Shown here piece by piece: positions 6,530 to 15,015 of a stretch of DNA of 48,674 nt; within the stretch, counting starts at the first letter, position 1, and each line of letters begins with the position of its first letter. A program made the translations under genes and the position numbers. The DNA lies in contig JAFUMY010000112.1 of assembly GCA_017482415.1 (NCBI GenBank), positions 1-48,674 on the forward strand, in the 5' to 3' direction. The stretch comes from Clostridia bacterium (lineage in GTDB: Bacteria; Bacillota; Clostridia; Christensenellales; Borkfalkiaceae). The notes below the pieces were generated by a model. That model was not told the DNA's origin, made no database searches, and was given only the letters and a program-made list of their open reading frames with translations.

Positions 6530-9500
6530 GTGAAGAAATGGCTCAAAAAAGCACTCGTTGCCCTTTCTTGTGTGACGCTTGGCACGACGTTGATGTTCGG
6601 CTTTGCGGCATGTAAGGACGACGAGGAAAGTTCCAGCGGTAAAAAAGACTCGTCTACGACGGCTTGTACGCACGTATGGAATGAAGGCACAGTGCAAACG
6701 GCGGCAACCTGTACAACGGACGGTAGCATGCTGTACACCTGTACGAAGTGTAGCGAAACGAAGACGGAAAAAATCGCAGGCGGACACAAGTACAACACGA
6801 CGGTTGTCGAAGCGACTTGTCTTTCGGACGGCTACACGCTGAACACCTGTTCGGTTTGCGGTACGACCCAGAAGACGAACGTAACGAAGGCGGGCGATCA
6901 CAACTATCAAGAAACGGTTGTAGCAGCGACCTGTACAACGGACGGTATGACGACGTATACCTGTAAAGGCTGCGGCGACAGCTATCGTAACGTCACGGCG
7001 CGCGCGACCGGTCACAACACCGATGGCTGCACGTGGACGACGGAAGAAGTGCAAATTGCGCCTTGCACCTATCAAGGTATTGAAACAACAAAATGTAAGT
7101 CTTGCGGCGAGTCTATTGTGGTTGTTGTAAGCGAATACCAAAAACATGCAAACACGCATGTTACCACTATGGCAGCTACTTGTACGACAGTCGGTACAAA
7201 AATGATTGAATGTAATGATTGCGGCGAAAGAATTACCGAAGAAATCGCAATCAATCCCAATGCGCATGATTGGCAGGTTAGCGGTACGAATAACGGCTTG
7301 ACGAGCTATAGCTGTCAGCACATCGGTTGTACAGAAACCAAGACTGTATTCTCTGCAAAGACGCAGACCTCGGCTACCGTTCCTTCCTCGGCAATTCAGG
7401 ATGCAGGCGAGGTAGAGCTTCAAAACGCAGCGATTAAGATGGACGAGGCTGTTAAGAATCAGCTCGGCAGCGCAGACGTTAATCTTTCGGTTGAAGAAGC
7501 GGACGTTTCGGGAATTATTGATAACGAAACGGCAAACAAGCTTGGCAATAACCCTGTATACAACTTCAATATGTCGAACGCAAGCGGCCCGATTAAGAAT
7601 TTCAACGGCGAGCTTACCGTAACCGTTCCTTATACGCTTGAATACGGTATGGACCCCGATGAGGTCAGCGTTTATTACATAAACGATGAGGGTAAAGTAA
7701 CGGCAATGCCTGCTACCTATTCCGAGGTAAACGGCGAAGGCTTTGCTACCTTCACCACCAACCATTTCTCGTATTATACGGTTATCCGTTTGACGGCGGC
7801 AGAACGCTGTGCAGCATACGGGCATACCTATAAAACGACGGTGGTTGATCCTGCATGTAATCAGCAGGGCTACACGGTAAAGACCTGTCTTGTTTGTAAG
7901 AAGGTTGAGCCCCGCACGAACTTCACGCCCGCGCTTTCGCATAACTATTCGTCGGCGGTCGTTGCGGCTACCTGTACGGAAATGGGCTATACCGTATATA
8001 CCTGTTCGCTCTGTAACGACAAATACGTTTCCGATTACACGGCAAAGGTTGCGCATAAGTATGAAGATAGCGTAACCGCACCTACCTGTACGGCAAACGG
8101 TTATACGACGCATACCTGTACGGTATGTAATTCGTCCTACACCGACAGCGAAACGGACGCAAAGGGCCACACCTATGCGAACGGCGCTTGCAGCGTTTGC
8201 GGTCGTAAGGACCCCAATGCGGCGACCAATAACTTCTACTGGAATATGGTAGAAAGCCTTGCGTTGGTAGAAACCTATTATCTTGAAGTAAGCGGCTTGA
8301 ACATCGAAATGGTGAATACCTATTCGAACGGTGACAAGCAGAACATAACCTATAAAATGTCCCTTGCACAGGTACAAATCGGATTCGACGAAACGGGTAT
8401 CGTAGGCAAAGGCGAGGGTACCATGGTCATGACGAACGAAGAAACGGGCAAATCCCCGTCCTCGGATAACGCTTCCGGCGTTATGAAATTCGTATTCCGT
8501 GACGGTATGATTTACGCATACACAAAGGCAACGGAAACAATGGGCGCTGCTTACGAACAGTATATGGTTGTTCCTCAATCGTATATGTTCGATATGGAAG
8601 AAGATGAATTCCCTGCGTTTATTCAAATGATGAGCGGCAACGTTGCAGAAATCGGCGGTTTGCTTTCGGGCTTTGGCGCAGGCGAAAACAGCCGTATGAA
8701 CAACGTCCTGAAAACGGTCATTGAATATTGTTTCACCAAGACCGAAACGGAAAACGGCTATATGTTCACGTTGAATGCAGACCGCGCGCTTGAAATGTAC
8801 AATGCGATTAAGAACAACACGGTTGATAAGCTTTTCGACCTCGTGTTCGGCGAAGGTGCGTTTGCGGCAACGCAGAGCTTCCTTGTAGCTTCCGTTGATA
8901 AGACGGTTGCCCAGTTTGAAGCGGACGTTAAGACCGAGCTTGCAGCATGGGGTATCAATATTGATACGGTATATACCTTTATCAACAAATATGCCGGCAT
9001 GATGGGTAACATGGGCGGCGGCTCTGTTGGCGGCAACGCTAGCAGCAACAGTAGTATGCCCAGTCAAGGTATTCAGGGAGGCGTGAAGCCTATGGCGGCA
9101 AACGAAGCTCCCGAAGCATTCGACATCAAAGCGACGATCGCGGAAATGGGCAACGTGAAGATTTCCGAGGTCCTCGACGAGATGCTTAGCGAAGTGGTAG
9201 AGGAAGCGATTGATTATAAAGCGATGATCAATGAGTGCGCTGAACAGCTCAAAGCGATGAAGATTTTTGATATGGCAGAGCTTTCGGACGGCGAAATTGC
9301 AGATATTCAAGCGACGATTGAAGACGTAACGAAGGCACTTCGTAACAACCCTGTAACCTTCACGACGGATAAATCGGGTGCGCTCCTTTCCTTCGGCGCG
9401 AAGCTTACTGATTTCGTTCCCGTAGACAATACGGGCAAGACGCTTGGTCAGGACGGTGTTTACACCCTTTACGACGTGAAGATTAACGGCGAATTTAAGT

Positions 9501-11506
9501 TCGTTGCAGACGGTACGTATGCAGGCGTATACGAAGACGTAGTTGCAAAGGCAGAAGCTGCAAAGAAAGCATATCAGTTCACGGAAGGCTTCGAAACGGA
9601 TAACTATAACGTTTACGTAGTAGACGGCAAGACCTATCTTTGGTACTTTGGCGGCGATTCGTCCGACGATTACTACTATGATGAAGAATGGTACCTTTCC
9701 GACTACGACATCGAAAACGTTTACGGCACGGAAACCTATAACGGCAAGACTTGCACGAAGGCAAGAATTCGTCTCACCAACCTCTATATGATGAGAGATA
9801 GCGACGTTGATTTCATGGCGTCCACCGATTGTCACGGTTGGTTGATTTCGGAAGGCTACTGGCGCGGCTACTACGGCTACTGCGATGCATGGATTGATGC
9901 AGACGGTAACGTGGTTGGCACGGAAAACGTACTCGTTCAAGATTGGAATCAGAGCCGTTACTTTACCCTTGCATACAACGCGGCGACCGGCGAATACGCT
10001 TCGGGTACGCAGCATTGCTACAAGCTGGTTGAAACGAAGAAAGGCGAAGGCTGTGCATACACCTATGAAATCTACGAATGTACCGTTTGCGGCGCACGTA
10101 CCGCACAGTACGTAGACGGCGGACATAACACCCAGATGTATTACGAGCTCGCTCCCGGCTCCACGAGCTGTGAGGACGGTGTATACATGTATTGGAAGTG
10201 CGTAGATTGCGACAGAATCACCTCTTTCCATAAAGAATATTATCATAATACCTATCGCCACGAATACGTAATTGAAGACGTCAGCGAAGAGTGCGGTGAT
10301 ATGGTTGTCGTATGGTATGAATGCGCTTGCGGTGCAGAAAAGTATATTGATCATTGGCAAGGCAACGGAAGCAATATGCATTATTTTAACAATTCGGATA
10401 GGCAGTATATCGTTGACGAGCATACGCATAGAAATTATATCGAAACGTACACCTGCTCGCTTGAGCTTTGTCAGTACAAGTACACGGTAGAATGCGATTG
10501 GAATTATAGCTACAATGGCACGGAGGACGGCTGTCAGGTATGGTCTACCTACACCTACCGTTTCTTCGATAAGGCAGGCAACGTAGCGCTTACGTTGGTG
10601 GATAACGAAGGACCGTATAACCGCCATTATTACGACACGTATTCTTCTACGGAATACAGCAATAAGTACGGTACAGGTTGGGAAACGAAATGGACCTGCC
10701 AGCACTGCGGTACGGTTACCTCTTGGTCTCGTAATACTTATGATGAACATGGTAGACAGACCTATTATGAGGACGTGTTGGGTACTTACGGTTGGTACAG
10801 AGAATACGACGAGTATTGCACGTACATGCAATATGACCTTAAAACGGGCGAGTATGAAACGAGCGGTACGAACCATAACTACCAATATGTAAGCGGTAAG
10901 GATGGCGATTCCTGCACGCAGTACTATTACGAGGGTAGAATTTGCAGCGTGTGCGGAGATGAAGACGGCTACTACCGCGCGCCTGATGAGCATTGGTGGG
11001 CTAACCACGACGACGGACACAACTGGTACTATAACGGTGACCATTACTATTGCGGACACTGCGGAACGGAAAGCTCCACGGGCTCGGATGCAATCATTTC
11101 CCTTGAGGATATGGTAGAAGACGGCGTGCTTAAGGTGGGTTACTATAACTACCGTGAATGGAGAGCCGTTCAAGGTCAGGATAGCCTTGTGCTTGTCGAC
11201 ATCGTTTTGAACTACGATTACAACAGCACGGAGCGTATTACCATCACGGCGGACGATTTGTACACGAAGGTGGTAACGAGCCCTGAAAACGAATGGAAGG
11301 GCGACCACTGCTACGAGCATAACCGTGAAAGCGGTATCGTAACCGTGAACATGGACGTTTTGAAGGCGTGCATTGCAGAGTTGGGAATCGAGGTAGAAAA
11401 CGTTGCCGTAATCTTCAGCGTTGAAGAAAGAACGATTGTTGAAGGCGGCGAGGCTACGTGGCTTGAAATGGCGTTGACCTTCGATGCTTCGGAGCTTGCG
11501 CTCTAA
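6530..11506 (+). CDS. Giant lipoprotein (1658 aa) with repeated Cys3-His modules, function unknown
   Basis: GTG start at 6530, 9 nt after GGAGG (6516-6520). MKKWLKKALVALSCVTLGTTLMFGFAAC is a lipoprotein signal peptide with a lipobox Cys. There are repeated modules of about 33 aa of the form (A)TC-x3-G-x5-C-x2-C ... (G)H-x-(Y/W). About 5-6 lie at 6660-7355, 3-4 at 7805-8215, and more degenerate Cys/His/Tyr/Trp-rich units at about 10005-11090. Confidence 0.85.
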   Translation: MKKWLKKALVALSCVTLGTTLMFGFAACKDDEESSSGKKDSSTTACTHVWNEGTVQTAATCTTDGSMLYTCTKCSETKTEKIAGGHKYNTTVVEATCLSDGYTLNTCSVCGTTQKTNVTKAGDHNYQETVVAATCTTDGMTTYTCKGCGDSYRNVTARATGHNTDGCTWTTEEVQIAPCTYQGIETTKCKSCGESIVVVVSEYQKHANTHVTTMAATCTTVGTKMIECNDCGERITEEIAINPNAHDWQVSGTNNGLTSYSCQHIGCTETKTVFSAKTQTSATVPSSAIQDAGEVELQNAAIKMDEAVKNQLGSADVNLSVEEADVSGIIDNETANKLGNNPVYNFNMSNASGPIKNFNGELTVTVPYTLEYGMDPDEVSVYYINDEGKVTAMPATYSEVNGEGFATFTTNHFSYYTVIRLTAAERCAAYGHTYKTTVVDPACNQQGYTVKTCLVCKKVEPRTNFTPALSHNYSSAVVAATCTEMGYTVYTCSLCNDKYVSDYTAKVAHKYEDSVTAPTCTANGYTTHTCTVCNSSYTDSETDAKGHTYANGACSVCGRKDPNAATNNFYWNMVESLALVETYYLEVSGLNIEMVNTYSNGDKQNITYKMSLAQVQIGFDETGIVGKGEGTMVMTNEETGKSPSSDNASGVMKFVFRDGMIYAYTKATETMGAAYEQYMVVPQSYMFDMEEDEFPAFIQMMSGNVAEIGGLLSGFGAGENSRMNNVLKTVIEYCFTKTETENGYMFTLNADRALEMYNAIKNNTVDKLFDLVFGEGAFAATQSFLVASVDKTVAQFEADVKTELAAWGINIDTVYTFINKYAGMMGNMGGGSVGGNASSNSSMPSQGIQGGVKPMAANEAPEAFDIKATIAEMGNVKISEVLDEMLSEVVEEAIDYKAMINECAEQLKAMKIFDMAELSDGEIADIQATIEDVTKALRNNPVTFTTDKSGALLSFGAKLTDFVPVDNTGKTLGQDGVYTLYDVKINGEFKFVADGTYAGVYEDVVAKAEAAKKAYQFTEGFETDNYNVYVVDGKTYLWYFGGDSSDDYYYDEEWYLSDYDIENVYGTETYNGKTCTKARIRLTNLYMMRDSDVDFMASTDCHGWLISEGYWRGYYGYCDAWIDADGNVVGTENVLVQDWNQSRYFTLAYNAATGEYASGTQHCYKLVETKKGEGCAYTYEIYECTVCGARTAQYVDGGHNTQMYYELAPGSTSCEDGVYMYWKCVDCDRITSFHKEYYHNTYRHEYVIEDVSEECGDMVVVWYECACGAEKYIDHWQGNGSNMHYFNNSDRQYIVDEHTHRNYIETYTCSLELCQYKYTVECDWNYSYNGTEDGCQVWSTYTYRFFDKAGNVALTLVDNEGPYNRHYYDTYSSTEYSNKYGTGWETKWTCQHCGTVTSWSRNTYDEHGRQTYYEDVLGTYGWYREYDEYCTYMQYDLKTGEYETSGTNHNYQYVSGKDGDSCTQYYYEGRICSVCGDEDGYYRAPDEHWWANHDDGHNWYYNGDHYYCGHCGTESSTGSDAIISLEDMVEDGVLKVGYYNYREWRAVQGQDSLVLVDIVLNYDYNSTERITITADDLYTKVVTSPENEWKGDHCYEHNRESGIVTVNMDVLKACIAELGIEVENVAVIFSVEERTIVEGGEATWLEMALTFDASELAL

Positions 11507-11526
11507 TAAAAACCGAATAGGTAACG

Positions 11527-11565
11527 GAAGCCGAGAGGATTATTCCTCTCGGCTTCTTGCCTTTT
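11527..11565 (+). terminator. Intrinsic terminator of the lipoprotein gene
   Basis: gaagccgagagga-ttat-tcctctcggcttc, a 13-bp perfect stem, followed by ttgcctttt. Confidence 0.8.
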
Positions 11566-11567
11566 AG

Positions 11568-11802
11568 GTGAAATTTGGGCTGCGCCTAAGTGAAGTTCAT
11601 TTTGTGAGTGAAGTTGCGCTGTTAGCGCAGTGAAGTTTTTACTTCGTAAAAATTATGGCTGTTATTTATACGTAAAACCGTTTTAAATAAAGCCTTAACT
11701 AAGCTTGCCTTAAAAGCAAGCTTAACTTCACTGTTTGCGTAGCAAACAACTTCACTTGGCTAATAAGCCAAACTTCACTTTTGCTTTAGCAAAAACTTCA
11801 CT
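11568..11802. repeat. Intergenic composite repeat element, copy B (same family as 4931..5162)
   Basis: GTGAAATT at 11569, then GTGAAGTT at 11590, 11608 and 11630. AACTTCAC at 11724, 11748, 11771 and 11794. It shares the core tttttacttcgtaaaa..atggctgttatttatacgtaaaa.ccgttttaaataaagcct.aactaagcttgcc...gcaagctt. The inter-9-mer spacers are palindromic like those of copy A, and the hairpin spacers differ in sequence. Confidence 0.9.
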
Positions 11803-12047
11803 TATCTTTTAAAATTCTGTCTCAAAACTCGCAAAAGCGGTTATATATCTATCGTAGGTTTACAAATTAAACAAGGGAAAGGCGTAGCTTGCGATATTTT
11901 TTAAAAAAACGAGGCGAAAATGCTTGGAGTTTCCTTTTAAATATTGTATAATATAAAGTGATGGTAAATTGCCTAAATATGCCTATTTGGTCTTGATAGG
12001 CTTAGGCAAACGAGACAAGAAAAAATAAATCTATCGGAGTTTTTCTA

Positions 12048-14999
12048 ATGGGATTGATTAAATATTTAATGAGCGGTGACGGAAGAAAAAGCTTGAAAAA
12101 GCTGAATAAAATGGCGGATATGGTAGAGGCGTTAGAGCCGAAGTACCAAGCCATGGACGACGAAACGCTCAAAGCGCAGACGGGGATTTTAAAAGAACGT
12201 CTTCAAAACGGCGAAACGCTGGACGATATTTTATACGACGCATTTGCGGCGCTCCGCGAAGCGGGTAAGCGCGTACTGGGTATGCGTCATTTCCGCGTAC
12301 AGATTATCGGCGGTATCTGTTTGCATCAGGGGCGTATCGCAGAAATGCGTACAGGTGAAGGTAAAACCCTCGTTTCCACCCTGCCTGCCTATTTAAACGC
12401 TTTGACAGGCAAGAGCGTGCATATCGTTACGGTAAACGATTACCTTGCAAAGCGTGACGCGGAATGGATGGGGAAAGTCCATAAATTCATGGGGCTCACC
12501 GTCGGCGTTGTTGTTCCCGGTATGGAGGACGACGAAAAACGTGACGCGTATAAGTGTGATATCGTATACGGTACGAACAACGAGTTCGGTTTCGATTACC
12601 TTAGAGATAACCTTAAAACTGATTTAAATAAAATGGTACAAAGGGATTTGACCTTTGCAATCGTCGACGAAGTCGACTCCATTTTGATTGACGAAGCGAG
12701 AACGCCTTTGATTATTTCCGGTAAAGGTGAAAAATCCTCCGATTTGTATTTGCAGGTGGATAAGCTTGTTCGCACCTTCTCGGGTGGTTTCGACGACGAG
12801 CTGAAAGATGCGGAGGCGGCAGCTTTGGAAGCACTCCGCGCAGAGAAAAAGAACAAGAAAAAGAAGAAAATCGTCGAGGACGTAGAGGACGAAGAAGAAA
12901 CGGAAGAATACGTCGACTACACCAAGATGACCTTGGAAGAACAGGCGAACTACGAAGCGGAACAGGCGGAAAAGAAAGCGGCGGCTTTGGCGGCTGCGCC
13001 CGCAGGGAAGCGTTCGCTTGCGGCGGAAAAGGATTGGGATTATATTATCAACCGTAAGGATAAAACGGTCGAGCTCACGGACAGCGGTGCAAGAAAGGCG
13101 GAAAAATTCTTCCGTATCGACAGCATTGCGGAAATCGAGCATGCAGATTTAAACCACCATATCCAACAGGCACTCAAAGCGCATAAGCTCTTTAAACTGG
13201 ACGAGGACTATATCGTAAGCGACGGTGAGGTTATCATCGTCGACGAGTTCACGGGGCGTCTTATGATTGGACGTCGTTTCTCCGACGGTTTGCACCAGGC
13301 AATCGAGGCGAAGGAAGGGGTAGAGGTACGCAGTGAAAATAAGACGTACGCAACCATCACCTTCCAAAACTATTTCCGTTTGTATTCCAAGCTCTCGGGT
13401 ATGACGGGTACGGCAAAGACGGAAGAAGCGGAGTTTAGAACAATTTACTCCCTTGACGTTGTGGAAATTCCCACCAACCGTCCCATTCAGCGTGTCGATC
13501 TTCCCGATATGGTATACTCGACGGTGGACGGCAAAAAGCGCGCAATCGTCAACGAGATTATGCAACGCCACGAAAGCGGTCAGCCCATTCTCGTAGGTAC
13601 GTCGTCCGTAGATAAATCGGAAGAAATTTCCCGTTTGTTGAAGCGTAACGGGGTCAAACATAATATTTTGAACGCAAAGAATCACGAGCGTGAAGCAGAA
13701 ATCGTTGCGCAGGCAGGTCGTTTTGGCGCGGTTACCATTTCCACGAACATGGCAGGCCGTGGTACGGACATCTTGCTTGGCGGTAACCCTGAATACCTCG
13801 CGAAGAAGCGTTTGAGAGAAGAGGGCGCAGATAAGGACGATATCGAGCTTGCAATCAGCACCTATATCACCGACGTCAGCGAGGAAATCCAAGCCCTTCG
13901 CGATAGATACCAAAAGGTATACGAATACTATAAAAAGGAAACGGACGCAGAAAAGGAAAAGGTTATCGAGGCGGGCGGTCTTTGCATCATCGGTACCGAG
14001 CGTCACGAATCCCGTCGTATCGACAACCAGCTCCGTGGCCGTTCCGGCCGTCAGGGCGACATCGGTATGTCCGTATTCTTCCTGTCCTTGGAGGACGATC
14101 TCGTGCTCCGTTTCGGTGGCGAGAGAATGAAGGCGTTGTATAACTTCTTCAAGATTGACGAGGATACCTGCTTGCAGTCCCGTATGCTTTCGCACGGCAT
14201 TGAAAATGCACAGAAGAACATCGAAGGCAGAAACTTCGGTATCCGTAAAAACGTTTTGCAGTACGACGACGTCATGAACAAACAGCGTATGGTTATGTAT
14301 GAAGAACGTATGAACGTTTTGAAGGGCGCGGACGTACACGAGCAGGTGTTGAAATATATCCCCGACTACGTTGCGGAAACGCTGTCTGCGGCGGTCAACG
14401 TCGAAGACATGCCCGAGCTTTGGAACGCAGAAGAGCTCAATGCGGCTTTGGAAGCAAAGCTTCTTCCCGAGGGTACGAATTACGTCACGCCCGAGCGTCT
14501 TATGAAGTGGGATTACGAGCAGGCATTGAAGAAAATTTGCAGAAAGGTCGAAAAGGAATACGAAAAGAAGATTGAAGAGCTCAAAGAACAGGGCGTAGAT
14601 TTCTCGAACGTAGAAAGACGCGTACTGCTTATGACGGTTGATAGAAACTGGATTGACCATATCGACGCGATGGATCAGCTTCGTAAAGGTATCAGCCTTC
14701 GCGCTTACGGTCAGGTCGACCCGATTATTTCCTATAAGAAAGAGGGCTTCGACATGTTTGACGAGATGGTTGCGCGTATTCAGCGCACGGTCATTAGCGT
14801 GCTGTTGAAGGTGAAAATTGAAATGCGTCCTGCACCGCAGAACGTAAACGCAGCACCTGCGGCGAATAACGCGGCTGCACCTGCGGCAAGACCCGTTTCG
14901 CCTCGTCCTTTCCGTCGTCAGATGCCCGAGCCTTTATCGAATATGTCTTCGTTTAAAGCAGCGCAGAATGCACAGGCAGACAAAAAGGACAATCAATAA
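12048..14999 (+). CDS. secA: Preprotein translocase ATPase SecA (983 aa)
   Basis: MRTGEGKTL Walker A, IVDEVDSILIDEARTPLIISG, TNMAGRGTDI and RIDNQLRGRSGRQGD motifs. GGAG lies 8 nt upstream of the ATG. Confidence 0.97.
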   Translation: MGLIKYLMSGDGRKSLKKLNKMADMVEALEPKYQAMDDETLKAQTGILKERLQNGETLDDILYDAFAALREAGKRVLGMRHFRVQIIGGICLHQGRIAEMRTGEGKTLVSTLPAYLNALTGKSVHIVTVNDYLAKRDAEWMGKVHKFMGLTVGVVVPGMEDDEKRDAYKCDIVYGTNNEFGFDYLRDNLKTDLNKMVQRDLTFAIVDEVDSILIDEARTPLIISGKGEKSSDLYLQVDKLVRTFSGGFDDELKDAEAAALEALRAEKKNKKKKKIVEDVEDEEETEEYVDYTKMTLEEQANYEAEQAEKKAAALAAAPAGKRSLAAEKDWDYIINRKDKTVELTDSGARKAEKFFRIDSIAEIEHADLNHHIQQALKAHKLFKLDEDYIVSDGEVIIVDEFTGRLMIGRRFSDGLHQAIEAKEGVEVRSENKTYATITFQNYFRLYSKLSGMTGTAKTEEAEFRTIYSLDVVEIPTNRPIQRVDLPDMVYSTVDGKKRAIVNEIMQRHESGQPILVGTSSVDKSEEISRLLKRNGVKHNILNAKNHEREAEIVAQAGRFGAVTISTNMAGRGTDILLGGNPEYLAKKRLREEGADKDDIELAISTYITDVSEEIQALRDRYQKVYEYYKKETDAEKEKVIEAGGLCIIGTERHESRRIDNQLRGRSGRQGDIGMSVFFLSLEDDLVLRFGGERMKALYNFFKIDEDTCLQSRMLSHGIENAQKNIEGRNFGIRKNVLQYDDVMNKQRMVMYEERMNVLKGADVHEQVLKYIPDYVAETLSAAVNVEDMPELWNAEELNAALEAKLLPEGTNYVTPERLMKWDYEQALKKICRKVEKEYEKKIEELKEQGVDFSNVERRVLLMTVDRNWIDHIDAMDQLRKGISLRAYGQVDPIISYKKEGFDMFDEMVARIQRTVISVLLKVKIEMRPAPQNVNAAPAANNAAAPAARPVSPRPFRRQMPEPLSNMSSFKAAQNAQADKKDNQ

Positions 15000-15015
15000 T
15001 CAATAAGGAATTTTT

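Noticed and set aside
6527-11320. 1597-aa ORF on the minus strand, nearly as long as the lipoprotein gene it overlaps
   Set aside because: It is exactly codon-aligned antisense to 6530..11506 and stays open only because the sense gene lacks TTA, CTA and TCA codons. It has no ribosome-binding site. Its translation is an Arg/Val/Ile/Cys/Phe-rich low-information sequence with no motifs. The sense ORF has a ribosome-binding site, a lipoprotein signal peptide and a modular repeat structure.
13149-14660. 503-aa minus-strand ORF inside secA (similarly 15040..15861 inside prfB, 2007..2888 and 3252..3944 inside the 1390-aa gene, and 12624..13142)
   Set aside because: These are antisense shadows of genes with unambiguous conserved motifs on the other strand. 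The same rare-codon effect explains them, and none has a start context. The mirror copies in the right arm are rejected for the same reason.
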